From: Cycas panzhihuaensis
Lineage: Eukaryota; Plantae; Cycadophyta
Assembly: GCA_023213395.1 (NCBI GenBank)
Contig: CM041465.1
Location: 131,881,741 to 131,945,740 of the forward strand
DNA length: 64,000 bases
Direction: 5' to 3'
The notes under the pieces were generated by a model. It was not told the origin of the DNA, did not search any database, and saw only the letters and a program-made list of their open reading frames with translations. Shown piece by piece: positions 19,501 through 34,660 of this stretch; position 1 is the stretch's first letter; each line of letters starts with the position of its first letter. Made by a program: the position numbers and the translations under genes.

Positions 19501-21951
19501 TCCTCTAATTAAGGGATGTGGTTCTTTATGTGATGACTACTTTACATAAGATGGCCACCTATTTAAAGAAAGATAGTTGTGTATCCTTGTGGGCTCCATA
19601 AGAGAGAATATCATATGAAAGTTGCATAGCGGAGCTCTTAGAAGGCATTTTGGCTAAAATAAAACCATAGCTTTAGTAAAAGAAAAGTATTTTTTACCTC
19701 GAATAGAGAGTGATATGGCAAGATTTGTAGCACATAGTAGGATATGCTAGATGACCAAGGGATATGCATAAAATATTGCCTTATATATGCACTTACTAAT
19801 ACCTAAAGGACATAGACAAACTTGAGCATGGACTGCATATTAGGATTACCATATATATAAAGAGGTAATGATTTAATTTTTGTAATTATTGATAATTTTT
19901 AAAAATTACTTCATTTTATTATATGCAAGAAGATAAATGATGCAGTTAGGATACCATATTTATTCCTTAAAGAGGTTATAAGGTTACATGTAATTATGAA
20001 GACTTTCACTTTGAATTAGGATACAAAGTTCTTAATCCATTTCTAGAAAACTCTATGGAAGAAGCTAGGAACAAAACTCTAGTTTAGTAGTGCCTACCAT
20101 CCATGTATTGATGGATAAACTAAAGTGGTAAATAGAATAGTGAGAAGCTTAATGAAGTAAGAAGAAGGTATTTAGCATATGACTTAGAATTTTGTATGAT
20201 TATCCAAGCTTTGAGGCATTGGAGGCATTATCTTATACCTAAGAAATTTATCTTGTTTATTGATCACCAAGCCTCAAGGTATATAAATACCTAAAGGAAA
20301 CTAAATATTAGGCATGCTAAGTAGGTATCCTATCTACAAAGCTTTACATTCATTTTGTAATATAAATCGGGCAAATAAAACCATGTTGCTAACGCATTAA
20401 GTACTCAAGTGGCATTATTAACCACCATGGCAAATGAGGTGGTAGGATTTAAAGATATTAAGGATATGTATGACTTAGATCCTAACTTCAGAACAATTAT
20501 TAAGCATTGTAAGAATCCTCTAATTAATGGACATGGTTCTTTATATGATGACTACTTTACGCAAGATGGCCACCTATTTAAAGAAAGATAGTTGTGCATC
20601 CTTGTGGGCCTCATGAGAGAGAATATTATATGAGAGTTATATAACAAAATAAGACCATAACTTTAGTAAAAGAAAAGTATTTTTGGCCTCGAATAAAGAG
20701 TGATATGGCAAGATTTGTGGCACACTATAGGATATGCCAGATGGCCAAGGGATATGCACAAAATATTGCCTTTTATATGCACTTACCAATACTTAAAGGA
20801 CTATAGATAGACTTGAGCATGGACTTCATATTAGGATTACCACATATATAAAGAGGTAATGATTCAATTTTGTCTTTATTAATAATTTTAAAAAATTGGT
20901 TCATTTTATTACATGTAAGAAGATAAATAATGCAATTAGGATACCATATTTATTCTTTGAAGAGGTTGTAAGGTTACATGGCATTCTAAAGACTTGTAAT
21001 TAGGATACTATATTTATTCTTTAAAGAGGTTATAAGGTCACATGGCATTCTAATGACTTTCACTTTAAATCGAGATACAAAGTTCTTGAGCCATTTCTAG
21101 AAAACTCTATAGAAGAAGCTAAGAATAAAACTTTAGTTTAGTAGTACCTACCATCCATATATTCATGGGTTAATTTAAGTGGTGAATAGAAGTGAGAAGT
21201 CCAAATAGTGGGATTTGGTATTAACACAGGTTGAAATTGCATATAATAGTGCTGTGAATAGGTTAACCGATAAATCACCTTTTCAAGTTGTATATGGCAA
21301 AAACCCAAAGGGTGTACTAGATTTAGTACACCTTCCCATTAGGGAAAGAGTGAGTGATGATGAAAAATCTTTTGTAGAGCATATATAATAGGTTCATGAG
21401 GAGGTAAAGATAAATTTATAAGACAATAATAATAAGTACAAGGAAGTAATAAATAAGACCCACAGACATAAGGTATTTGAAGAAAGTGATTTGGTGATGA
21501 TTTACTTGAGGAAAGATAAACTTCCTTAAGGGACTTATAACAAACTTAAATATAAAATGGTTAGACCATGTCAGGTTATAAAAAGGATTAATAACAATAG
21601 ATACAAGGTGAATATACCTAAACACTTTGATATCTCTCATATTTTTAATGTTACAGACCTATATGCATATCATGAAGGAGATGAAGAGGTAGATTATAAA
21701 GGTGAAGTTGAAAGCTATGAGCTCTCAATGCCAAGGAAGAAATGAGAAGAAATTAAATAAGTGTTAGATATAAAAACAATGAGTACATAATAGGGAAATT
21801 ATAATAGGTACCTAGTGCAGTAGAAAGGTCTACAATAAGCAAACAACAACTAGATCACTGAAGAAGAGCTAAAGTAGTTGAATCTTAATAAATGGTAAAA
21901 TTTTCATTATAATAATTTATAGAGGCAAACTTCTTTTTAACATAGGGAGGA
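16520..21951 (+). pseudogene. CRM gag-pol polyprotein, many stops, internal 1-kb tandem duplication
   Basis: Gag 'MVKKLKEKFLPVDYSQTLFRKF'; PR 'VIIDSGSYKNMVS'; RT 'VRESLSPCVAP..KKDGLWKM...KIDLKSGYHQI'; RH 'WPTPKT...VRSFHGL..FYR'; INT 'LSMDFILGLP'; C-terminal 'VLD...YLVQ*KG......*ITEEEL'. Confidence 0.92.
19123..21190 (+). repeat. Tandem duplication (~1014-bp period) of RNase H end plus integrase core
   Basis: GAGAAGCTTAATGAAGTAAGAAGAAGG occurs at 19128 and 20142 with collinear similarity afterwards. The second copy has its own 64-bp duplication (20934 / 20998). Confidence 0.95.
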
Positions 21952-22522
21952 AGATGCGAGAGCATCTAGACCTTTATCACAACTTAAACCACCTTTTACT
22001 TTTTAGTCATTTTTCTCTAAATTTTAGGTTCTACTAATCAAAGTATAACATTTTACTTGGTGGTTAAAATTTAATTGTTCTTGTGCCAAAACAAAGGTTT
22101 ATTCAAGTAGAACAAGTGAAAATGATCTACGACTAGGTTGAAGGCTCCATTATAGGCCCACAAGTTTTTAGCCAAAAATTACTCTAAAAATGCCTAAAAA
22201 TTGAGATTTATTTTATGTCTAAAAATAGTAGTTAATTTTAGGCTAGTTTTCCCAATAGTCTAGTTTTTCTTAGTATAACTTAACTTAGAAATGTGGTTTT
22301 ATTCACTATTTTATGTAATTGAAGAGTTTTTAAGGTTAGGGTTAGAGGTTTCTAAACTTCCTACTTTCACTTATATAAATGTACTTTTGTATTATCTTTT
22401 GCAAGATTGAATCAAATGGAATGAAAATAGAAGTAAAATGACTCTCCATATCCTTTAGCTCTTTCTTATTTTAAGTTTTTGCATGTGAGATTGAAAGTTT
22501 TTCTTACAGGTCATCCTCATCA
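21952..22522 (+). repeat. 3' LTR of CRM element (571 bp)
   Basis: Follows purine tract TAGGGAGGA, ends CATCA, and is followed by TSD CTTCT. Confidence 0.92.
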
Positions 22523-23712
22523 CTTCTTCTTTTACCCTTTAGGTTTGATAATTATGTTGTATCATATACTTGCATTTGTAGCTTTTACTTTAATTTTTTT
22601 AATTTATAAAAATAACCCAACTGTAAATTTCTTTTACTAAGGAACCTGTGCATTTTTTTCAATTAAAATTTGTTATTATCTTTGTGTTTAGACTTTCTTT
22701 ACTATAAGTTGCTACTCATGAGTTGAGAAGAAGTTCATATACATAGTCTTTATGCTAACAAACTCTCTCTAAGGAGGTGAGTGGCTTTATGGGAGAGCTT
22801 TCAAATGAAATCTACAACTTTACTTTGTGGAATTCCAAGTTTCTAAAGTTAACTGGTTTAATTCTAAGTTGTTATCATTACTAAAATTGCAAGTAAATAT
22901 TGTTGCCTCTAACTTTTTCTTGTTAAAAGAAGTGTACTTGAGATCATTGAAGCACTGTGGGAAAATATCTTTAGAATAATGAAAGGTATCCCCACTTTCT
23001 ATTTTATGTAATTTGTGTATTTTTTATTTTCTTGTTGAAATCATCCTTTCTTTTGCATGATCTTATTACTTTCCTTCAATTACAACAGAAAAGGAAAAGG
23101 AAAAATGAATTAAGACCAATCTTAAGAATATCTTTTCCCTCTCCCCCTTGATGGTATGTTGAATGCTTACTTGCCTCTCTTCTTCTTCTTTTTTCCTAAT
23201 AAAAGAATAAGAACCTAGGATAAATATAAGAGCAACATAAGAACTTAGATAACTTTTTATGGTGCATAAGGATTAATTACATATTAGGCTATTTATTAAA
23301 AAGAAAAAAATAATAAGAAAGAGTCTAAATAGTGCATATCTATATAGATGCATTAGCATAAATATATTTGATTTTACTATGTAGTTTATGTATAGTCTAG
23401 GTGGTTGATAATTTCACACAATCTAAAAGTATATCCTAGTTTGCATATAGGTGTTTATTATTGTTTATTCCCCCTATGTTAGGTCTTACTCTCTTAGTGA
23501 GGAGGTTCTTTATTGTATAAGACTTGACATCCTAAGTGTATAAGATCATCCTTTCTTAAGATCAAATACTTCTTATTGTAAGGAGACTTTTGATCATCCA
23601 AGATGTGATATCCCTGGTATACAAACTTCTTCTCCTTTAATATTATTCTTTTATCATGTTCCAAACTCCAAAAGTGATAATCTCCCACCACATTTTAGGT
23701 TGAGAGTGGCTC

Positions 23713-23713
23713 C

Positions 23714-23750
<37 letters not shown>
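23713..23750. repeat. (CT)n(CA)n compound microsatellite
   Basis: Directly visible. Confidence 0.95.
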
Positions 23751-24934
23751 TACCTTTGAGTGTACAAGACTCACTAAAGTTGGAAGTGGAGATCCCCAAG
23801 TTATCCACCTTCAAAGGTTGATCATCATTAGGTGAGGTAGTCCCCAATAATTGACCCCTAAGAAGGTTATTAATCTAAGGTCTAAGCTCTTTTGAGTCTT
23901 TTCACTTGTTATTCCTTTTATTCCATAGCTAATATAGTATAGTTCTCTCCATCATTATTAGATAGAGGTCTAGGTTAGATCACTCCTTTAAGAGGGCCTG
24001 AGCATTAGTTGATAGGGAGCTTAAGACATCTTATGTTAGGGTAAGGACCTCAACAATCCTCCCATTCATTGGGTGTCTTTGACTGATTATTTTTCCCCTT
24101 AAGGGGAAGTAGTTAGAAGTTATTGGTTTGTTTGAATCTCTTTTCTTCTTTTTGCTTTGATTATTGAATAGTTAGTACTTAGTTAGTAGCTAGATCTTGC
24201 TATCTTAGTATATACATAGAAAGGCATCTCTTTTTCATTTGAGAGAGGGTTGAGGATCCATCAAGACTCATCACTATAATTACCTTTATGAGAATCACCC
24301 CCCCTCTTGTCTAAGGTTCCTAAGGTAACCTATCTTAACACACATTAAAATATAATACAAAGCCCATATTTTAAGCTTAGATTTTCCTTATTTTGCCAAG
24401 AGAATGGCATAAACTAGTGAATCTAGGATGAACATATGCACTTTGGATTTAGATGAAGATTTTCTTAATATAATTATACATCCTCTTTTTTGGATATAGT
24501 AGCTTTGAGTTGGAGTATGTTAAAGCATTTAGTAAACTCTTTCATTGAGGAATTATTTTAAAAACAATAGGATAGTTGGATCTTATAAGGGATAGAGTTG
24601 GGTATGTTAACACATCTGCAGAGGGCTTCAACAATGCTATCCTAAGTTAGTAGTGTCTAGCGTTATGCTAGTTTTGTACCTACATATAGATGTGGCCTTC
24701 TAAATTGTTAATAAAAAAATAAGATTTGTGTTATTATCTAAAGGGGGTGATAATTTATTCTTCAAATTATTAATTGTATCCTAAAGGCTTTTAATGGACT
24801 ATTGGACAATCTTAATGGAATCTTTAATAGACTCAATATGATTAGTGATATTGACTTTATTGGACATTTTGATCTAACTCGTGTTAGAACTCTAGTAGCT
24901 TAAACCTATTGGATCTCAACTCTAGTGTTTAACA

Positions 24935-25850
24935 CTGAAGACAAAATTATGTAAAGCAAAATGAGATTAGGGAGAAGTTAGAATAAACAACTAAATAAAA
25001 GAGGATATAATTATTAAGGTTTAAAATTTAAATTGAACATATTCCTTTTCAAATGAGAATATGCCAAACTTAATATATAGGCATATTAAGGTATAATAAA
25101 TTATAAAATAAGATGGCATGTGAAATCATTTACATAACCAAGATCTAATAATGGTGAGTAATGATATGAATCTACTAAATCTGGTAAACATCAAATAAGA
25201 TTGAAGGCAAGCATGGTAATGCCTAAATTAAATATGAATGAATGCCTAAAGAGAGGACATAGGACTTGAAAATGAAGATGCAAAAGCACAAAAGAGATAA
25301 GAAGTAGATATGCTTATAAATATGCCTAAAGAAATAAGACATATATGCATTAAATATAGAGATAACAAAATGTGGGACACCACACTAAATCATGAATGAA
25401 TCTCAATGTAAAAATAAAAGTAAATAATGTAGAAGGCAAAGGATATGTGACTAACTAGAGATTGTGAAATCTAAGATATGAATATCTGATACCACCTATA
25501 ATAGGTTGGAGGCATACTACTCATAATTGTTGTCTTCCTTAAATGTTCTAGTCAAACTTGCAAAACAAATCAAATAGAGTTAAGTGCAATTGAGACTTCA
25601 ATTGAAAACCATAGAAGTTTGAAAGATAACTCGCAAGAGATATATGTAGATATTATATCATTTATGTTATGTTCCTAAAAGACTACATTCTTACAAAAGG
25701 TACATATTTATACTTGCTTATTCATAGTAATTTAGTATTCTTACCTTTATATGGCTAATGTGGTTCTCGTCTAATTTCAAATTAACCATTAACCTAATAG
25801 ACTTAAGTCAACTAACTATAGTTATATCATAGGTTGTGAGGATCACAACA
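24935..25850 (-). mobile_element. Truncated LTR element: 5' LTR (~25497-25850), PBS and leader
   Basis: TCTGATACCA at 25485-25494 is the reverse complement of tRNA-iMet PBS TGGTATCAGA. The minus-strand LTR starts TGTTGTG at 25850 and has TATAAAT near 25705. No partner LTR found. Confidence 0.55.
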
Positions 25851-28389
25851 ATGCATCTTATCCTCCAAAAACATTTCTTAATATTTCATCAAATGTTAGC
25901 AACTTCCATAAAAGAATGCTTAATCAAAAAATTCTTCAATCTTTAAAAGGTGCCCCCATTTATAACTTCCAACTTAGAGGGCAAAGTATTTTCAAGAAAA
26001 GGGGGATTCTTATGAGTCTAATATATGCATACAAGCCTAATAAGTAATAATTAATTATTAATATGATGATTATTATCTAAAGACATAACCTTTAAAATTT
26101 AGATAGTATATGTATGTTAACATTTATAATATTTATCATTTAATTCAATTTAATCAATTTGTAATATATGTTCATATAATTAAACCTTAGACCAAAGGAT
26201 TTCAATTTATATGTGTGACCACTTCAATTCATCTCAAATTTAGCATACAACCTCTCTCAATACTAATGGCATAGAAAATATAGAATGAAAATAATGTCTT
26301 TGTAATAGAATTCTTTTTCATCTCGATGATACCTAGAATGCCATTAGCTTACGATACTTTACCAGAATGCCCATAGATATATTGTATATATGTGATTTTA
26401 AATTAGGAAAATAACATATTGACAATTAAATAAAATAAAAGGAAGTTATTCATGAATCTAAATCAATGTATAATAAGTGAAGAGCATACAAATTCAAGCT
26501 TGTAAGACAATGAAATATACAATAATAAAAAAGTAGAGGGGTACTAAATAAAACTTGAAATACCTTTACCAAATAAGCACAATCCATTTAATGATGATGA
26601 TATATGTGAACCAAGGGATAAAATTTTATGTTTGAATCCTTATTTTATAGACAAAATAAGTTTAAATAATAAGTTACCACATTGGAAACTTTAAGATTAT
26701 GAAATATTTGCACAGTCATATCATAAAATTGATTTAGAATCAACATCAATAGAAGGCAACATGTACCCAAGCATATTATAACATAACTTTGGGCATAAGA
26801 GTAATTATCTAGATTAGTTCTTATAACTAAGTGATCAAGAGGTGAGTAGTAAGATAATATGTCACTTTAGCCAAGCTAGAGGAATCAAGTACTAAGATGT
26901 GAAAGGTTAATATAGGCACCAAGGTATCATCAAGTTAGATCAAAATTATTATTGAGTAAAAAGAGATCAAGTGAGGTAAGTAAGAAATTTTGTTGGCCAA
27001 TTAGCATTGTGGTTGAAGTGTGAAGATCAATTATAAAAGCATGAACATTGATCCAATGATTATAAGCCATGACAAATATGAATTATTTACAAATGCTTAG
27101 TTTCATACTACATGGCCAATAAAGGTGAATGGTCAACTAGAAATAATATGGCTTATTAGGGCAAATGCAAATGCAAGTCAAACATGAATAAAAACATAAA
27201 AGGTATTAATCACACAAACATTTGAAGCGTCAATGTGCCAAACATATAGGGATTGTAGAATCTCAGCCAATCATGCGAGAAAAATACGTAGTCATGTGGA
27301 GAGGTATTGATGTGAGAGACAACTCAAGATTAGAGGCTCTATTGATCTATATTGGAAGATCAATCATACTTATCTTAGAACTATATATGCTAGGTCAACT
27401 CATGATAAGTTAATTATAGATAAGTTGATTACTAAATAAATAGGCTAATTTCAATGGCCAAACAACAACCACTCCATGAAAATTGTCTTACAAGCATTAA
27501 GGAAACCCTTACAATTTTGGTAACAATTTTCCAAGTGACAACAAAGAAGTATGTTAATAAAAGAAAAAAATAAAAATAAATAAATACTAAGAATAGTAAC
27601 TAGAAGTATTGAAGGATCCATAGCATGACATTAGCTGATCAAATCATAGATTGAGTGCCTATTATTCTTTAGAGTCTTAGATCTAGAATAGTGATAGTGC
27701 TAAATGCTTGACTTCATAAATAAAATTGCTATTGTCAATCCATACTAGATACTAATTTATTCACCTATGTTTAGTTTCTTATCCCTTAATCCTAGGGTCA
27801 GGTGTAGAGGTCAAAACCCCAACTAGAGGAGCTTATGGAGATCAAGACTTTTATGGTTTCAACTTCCAGTTTCTTACTTTTATGTAGTTCATAAAAAGTA
27901 ACTAGACATTGTTTATGCACCATACAAGCTTCACCATCACACCCAATGGATAAGTAATGAAGTTGTACCAAAAAAAAAAAAACTTATTTCATACCTATCC
28001 CATTTTAATAAGGGTGTCATGCTTATCATTTTCCACTAAGTTAGTTTTAACCTACACTTTCAAAAAAAACGTTATATTGATACTCCATGGGTCCCATAGC
28101 CAAATTTTAATATACAATCTTACTTATATCATCTTAACAAGAACATCACACTCATCTTAGTGTGCTAAGTAGATTTCTTTCATAAAGTTATAGGAAAAAT
28201 AGTCTAAGATCACCCTACATGGGTTTTTGTAATCAAGGGGTCAATAAGTTATAAACATCCCCCTTCATTCCACACCCTTTTGCATCATTCTCTAACTCTT
28301 TAATCCATTCATCTTATCTAGTTCCCCTTCCTTCTTTCTTAATCCCTCTTCTATTAGTCCCATTATTTAAACTCATTTATTTTGCTCAA

Positions 28390-31300
28390 TGTCTCCTCTT
28401 ATCCAAGAATATTAGATCTTAGCCTTAGAGACCTAATATGCCTCTATAACTGACAATATCACTAAGTTATTTGATGAGATCATGAATATTTCCACCAAAA
28501 CTTCAAATTTTCTCTCTACCTCCACTTCCATTGGAAACACCCTATCACCTCCACTAATAATAACACTAACAACTCAAAATCAACATCCTAACTTTTGATT
28601 TAGAGTTGAATAGTGATTCTACCCATAGTTGGATTAATAAACATGAGCTATATTTTAACCTCCATCTTATAACTCCAATTAATAAGTTCACCTTTATTTC
28701 CATTCATTTAGAGGCAAAGAACATCATCAATTCCATTATTAGAAATGAGAAAATCTAAATGAATTCACATGGAATTCATTCTATAGCCTTTTTTTTAGCA
28801 ATACGAAAACATTTGAGATTGTTTCTTCTTTAGCAAACTCACACACTTGTAGTAAATTACTGTAATTAAAATATATGTAGATGAATTTTGGGCACTTTAG
28901 AATTAGATTTCATAAAATATAAACCAAACACTCTCACTGAGATATTTATAGTTAGACCCAAGGACTGCATTTGTATATAAGTTTATTATTGTAATTGAAA
29001 TATATGTAAATGAATTTTGGGCACTTTAGAATTAGATTTCATAAAATACAAACTAAACACTCTCATTGAGACATTTATAGTTGGATTCAAGGGGTGCATT
29101 TGTATGTGCATAAAAACTCAACATCTTACTATAATTTATAATGCCATATCTATAGCCAAATTAACTAAAAGTAGATTTTTCCACTAATTGCCCCATATTC
29201 TCTTGACATACCCTATTGTACTAGTGCCATAAGATTTTAGATGACTCTTATCACTCAACACTTACCCTAGGCTAAGCATTAGCATTAATTATACTAGTAG
29301 ATCCCCTATGAGATCCTATAGCAAAAGCAAATAGAAGATAAGAAGCAAACCTTTGCATCAAGTATTATGAGAAATGGACTCGCAACTATCCAAAGGTGTG
29401 TAAATCTATATATATAGTCTTCATAATTGACTCTAATTTTTCCTTGTATGATGACTCCAATTCTAAACATGTTCTACCTAAGAACTCTTCCCATATCTAA
29501 AATCCAATGTATATGTAGCAATTGTGTTCACCACTTCTTGCCCCAAACTCTTAAGAGTTAAAAGAACACTTCACAAGTCTCATATAACCATTCTTATTAA
29601 TGGCAGTACCTTGCTCAACTTTCTTAGCATTTCTCTTACATGATAGTTGGGCATGTATATTGTCTTAAAAACTAGTTTCACATGTGTCATGCTCGATTAC
29701 CAAACCCTCCATTGTATAGCAACCATCAAGAACCTCCACATCTAAACATAAACATACCATCTAATATCAAACTTTTATACCCTTTTCATTGGAGGATCAA
29801 TTATTATTTTAGGACTCTAACGGTTGCTAATCCTCAGTACCTAAAGTATAAATAACTCCCATACTAACCCCTTCATTATTTTTAAGGACCACATTATGTA
29901 GTCCTACAAGCTTTATAGCATAGTACTGCTTCCTAATAAGCTTGTTTCCCCTAATCAAACACATAAGCAACTAACCAACATCTTAGGATTTATAATTCAT
30001 CTTAATAATATAACAATTTAATATACAACCTATCCTAACATAATACCAATATATGTTTACCTTTTTTCTAGTTGCCCCCCCTCCAAATCATCACATTGAG
30101 CACACCATTGACCTTAAAAACCCATACAACCCCATTAGCCTTTAATCTTATCATAATACCTACTTCTAAAAAAATTAAAATCGAAAATATTATAACATAA
30201 CTCCTTAATATCAATGTGGTCTAACTATGTATAATCCCATATGCCACCATATTATCCTTGTTAAGAAAAAGGATAAATCCTTTTGGTTATATATTGACTA
30301 TTAGGAACTAAACAAAATCACCATAAAGAATAAGTTCCCAACACCTTGCATTAATGACATGTTCAATGAAATGCATGGTGCATCCATCTTCTCTAAACTT
30401 GACCTCTAATCTAGATATTACCAAATCCTTATCTCGCCAAATAACTACCACAAAATAACCTTTCATACCTACCATGGTTATTTTGAGTTTTGCATAATGC
30501 GTTGGCTACCTTTCAAGCCCTTATGAACAAGATTTTTGCCCCCTATATCTAAAAGTTTATCATTATTTTCTTTGATGATACACTCATTTATAGTTCCAAC
30601 ATGGCCCAACACATCCAATATTTAGAAATCATCTTACAAATCTTGATCCAACATCAACTTTACACCAAACTCTCTAAATATGAATTCAGATAAATTTAAT
30701 TATAATACATGGGCTATATCATTTCAATTAAAGGAGTTTGTGCTAACCTAAATAAGATCATTATCATTGTTTCATGGCCCACCCTGAAAAACCTCACTTA
30801 ACTTCATGCTTTCCTAGGACTCACTAGATTTTATTGTCACTTTGTTAAGGGTTATGTATCCATCACTACATCATGAATTAACCCCCTTCATAACGACTCT
30901 TTTTAATAGACCCTTACTTTAGAAGAAGCCTTTAATTACCTTAAAACTATTATAACATCAACACATATTTTGGCCATGCCTAATTTCTCCCAACCATTCC
31001 AACTTGGGTATGATGACTCTAGATTTGGATTGGGTGTAATCCTTATACAAAACCTTCATCCCATTGCATTTGAAATCTATAAGATTAAAGAATATAGGTG
31101 TCATCTTTTCACTTACTAAAGAAGATAAAATCTATACTATGTTCCCTTAACAAGTGGGTCATTATCTTCTTAAGCCATAATTTATAATCCTAACTAACCA
31201 TCATAGCATTTGTCTTCTCCTTGACTAGTTAGTCCTATTGAAGGAATAGGTTAAGTGGGTTGACCATCTCTAAGCATTTACTTTTAATGTCTCCTATAAT

Positions 31301-33061
31301 AAGGGCAGAGATTCTATTATTATAAATGCACTTTCTCGTCTTCCAACTTTTTAAACAATTCCATAGCCCTAGCCCACTTAGTTAGCCAAATTAACTACTG
31401 CCAAACAATCCTAACCCAATTATTCACAATGGATGGTAAATATCAATAACCATACTTATTAGTATTTACACAACAATCAACTTCTTTATGAAAACCATAT
31501 TTTTGTACATCTAACATCTTCCTTCATCACCTACATCCTCAAATAATACCATTCTACACCATTACAAAGTCATGTTGGGTTTAATAAAACATGTCGTTAT
31601 ATTTACAAGGACTCCTATAGGTTAAGATGAAAGTCCACATCCTTACCTTTATCTTTGAATACCAATATATACCAGTGTAATAAGTCAAAAATAATTGCCC
31701 AACTAGGCCTCCTCTAACCTCTACATGTTCCTCAAGGTAAATGACAGGATATTGCCATGGATTTCATCATTGGTCTTCTCCCCTCTACTAATTTTAACTT
31801 TGTTTAGGTTATCATTTATAGATTAATAAAATATGCTCACTTCTTACCTATCCACATCTTATACAAAGTCCTACAACTTGCTAACCTATACATTTAATTA
31901 GTCCTCCACCTCTATGATTTTCCTTCCTCTATAATCCATAATTGTGATCCTAAATTTATAAGCTCATTTTGGTAGGAGTTTTTTCATGCTTCATATACTA
32001 CCTTCAATGTGAGCTCAACTTACTATCCTCAAATTAATAACTAGTCTAAAGTGCTCAATAAAACCTTAGATACCTGCTTACATTGTTTTATATCTAAACA
32101 TAAAAATAAATAGACATATTAGCTATTTCTCATTAAATATTAGTAAAATTATTCTCTCCATTCTACCTTTAGTATATCTCCATTTTTTTCTCTTTATCAC
32201 TAACCCCCACCATCCCACCATGCATTAGTCACCAACTTACACAAATCTAGTATGTAATAGAAACTTCAAATTATGGATCATATCCTTACTGCCCTTAAGC
32301 AAAACTTGTCTACTACTTGAAACTACATGAAACAATTTACAAATTGCCACTACTATGATTGCTCTTTTTCAATTAGTGACCTTATATTCCTTTACCTATA
32401 GCCATGCAAGTAGTAATCTCTTAAAAACCATTGAAACCATAAGTTGAATCCCCATTATTATGGCTGTTATAAGATCCTCCACTATTAAAGAGAAGTTGTC
32501 TATGCCTTAGAACTCCATCTTAACACTAAAATTTATAATGTCATCCATATTTCTTACCTTAAGAAACACCTTGGCCTATCCACCACCCCCTAAATAGCCC
32601 TTCTTATCCTAAATGAAGAACAACTTCTCATTGTTCCCCATGGCCATCTCTCAATTAGTTGCCAATGTCACCTTTATAACAAAACCATTTCAGAATATCT
32701 TATATAGTGTGTCAACTGTGAACTAAAGAAAGTAACTTAGTAATTAATAATTTCTAACTTTGAAGGCTTACTACCATTGGTAAGGTGTTATTACATAGTT
32801 ACCTCTTTAGTAGGACTTTACACATAATTAGTTTAACCATGAGATGTGATTGTGTGACCTAAATATTAATGTTAGCTCTTAATATTTGCATAGGGGTTGT
32901 TTCCATATGCTAATATCATTTCAAACAAGAGTCCTTTTTGTATATATAAGGCCTCATTAGATATTACTGGTTTTCTTTTAGTTAAGTCTATTATAATCAA
33001 TACATTATGATGTTGCATTTGACCTTCTCTAATTAGTATATGTTATGTTTATAATTTTACA
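28390..33061 (+). mobile_element. Decayed Ty3/gypsy chromovirus (Reina-like), 5' LTR not found
   Basis: PR 'ILINGSTLLNF' (29590); RT '[25 protein letters not shown]' and 'FFDDTLIYS'; INT 'DIAMDFIIGL'; chromodomain-like 'EYLI*...VT*' near 32700; putative 3' LTR TG..CA at 32786-33061. Confidence 0.8.
28861..29105. repeat. Two-copy tandem repeat, 129-bp period
   Basis: TGTAATT.AAATATATGTA.ATGAATTTTGGGCACTTTAGAATTAGATTTCATAAAAT starts at 28861 and 28990. Confidence 0.92.
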
Positions 33062-34660
33062 GCCATATCTTTGTTGTGATAAAAGAGATCTATCATGTTA
33101 TTTTTCCATATTTATGCCCTTTTATCTCATCTTTTATGAGCTAATCATGGAGAAAACCAATTAAAGAATGCTCTAATTAATAATGGATCTTCCCTTAATG
33201 TTATTCTTGCTTTACTTAATTGAGCATTATAACTCAAAAAACTAAACAAAAGTCTTATTTTTATAAAGGGTTTTGGCATTGCAAAGCATTCATCCATGGG
33301 TAGGATTTATAATTTACCTATTACTTTCAAAGGATAATAGAGATTAATGCTAAAGTTGTTAATATGACTTTAGATTATAAAATCCTTTTAGGATGATCCT
33401 AAATCCATGTAATACACACTATTCCTTTACCTTTTCTTAGAGAAATCTAATTCTTATATGGAAACTATATTAGGGTCATAAAATAATCAAAATTTCATAC
33501 CAAAGCTACTTTAGAAACATCTAATCTTAAAATTGTCCCCTATCTTAACCTTGATTATGAATAATAATTAAAAGATATGGGATTAAGTATTTATAAAATT
33601 ATTTTCTCTTATTACCACTTTTATTTAAACATGAAGTTTTTCTTATCGAAACTAGTTTGATCTCCTCTTTAGATTTATTTCAAACTAATGAGGCAATTCT
33701 AGAATTTTGATATGCGAATAATGAAATTTGAGATGATTTCATGATAAGCATTAACATCACTATTATTCCATACTTGATACTATTGAATTTGATCTACTTG
33801 GTATTGTAGTTTATTCTTTTAATAATAAAGGAATTCTCCAAACATCATCTTTCTTCTTAATAGTCCAACATTATGAATTTAATGAGGTTTTGTCACTAAC
33901 CCTTAAACCTTTTAACAAGGGCAATCCTATACTAGTCAAAAAATTATTTAATTTTGATATTTCAATATAAAGCTTAATATTGAGTGTACACATGAAGAAC
34001 AAGCCAATGTCAACCTCTTCAAGGAATTTCATGAAGTCTTTACATGGTCCTACAATGATATACTAGGAATGGACCTAAACATAGTTATATATAATATAGT
34101 TATACATCTTAACACGTGGGCCATTAAACAAAAATAAAGGCTAGTAAAACCCTAACTCTTTTAACTCATAAAAAATGAGATTTAAAAAAATTAAAAAGCC
34201 AAATTTATTTATCCAGTTGAGTATCCTGGGTGGGTCTCCAATGTAGTTTTGGTCATGAAAAAGAATAGAACTATTCTTATCTACCTTGATTTTTCATAGA
34301 CTTAATCAAGCTTATGTAAAAGATATTTTTTACCTATCATTCACTAACACTATTATTGGTCTAGCTACTAGTTTTGAGACCATGTACTTAATGGATAGTT
34401 TTTTAGTTATAATCAAATTTGTTTAATAAATGAAGACCAAATAACAACCTCATTTACCACCCTTTGGGGAATTCATATCTATCGCATGTTGCCTTTTAGA
34501 CTTATTAATGCAAGTGTCATATACCAGTGAGCAATGACAATCATATTCCATGCTCTTATTTCTCACAACTTAGTTAATGCCTATGTTGATTATCTGAATG
34601 GTTAATCACTTAAACATTATAACCATCTTTAAGATATAAGAATGATATTTAAGAGATGTA

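Noticed and set aside
24400-24900. Possible LINE ORF1 remnant
   Set aside because: Only faint 'MDYW...RV' similarity across many stops; not supportable.
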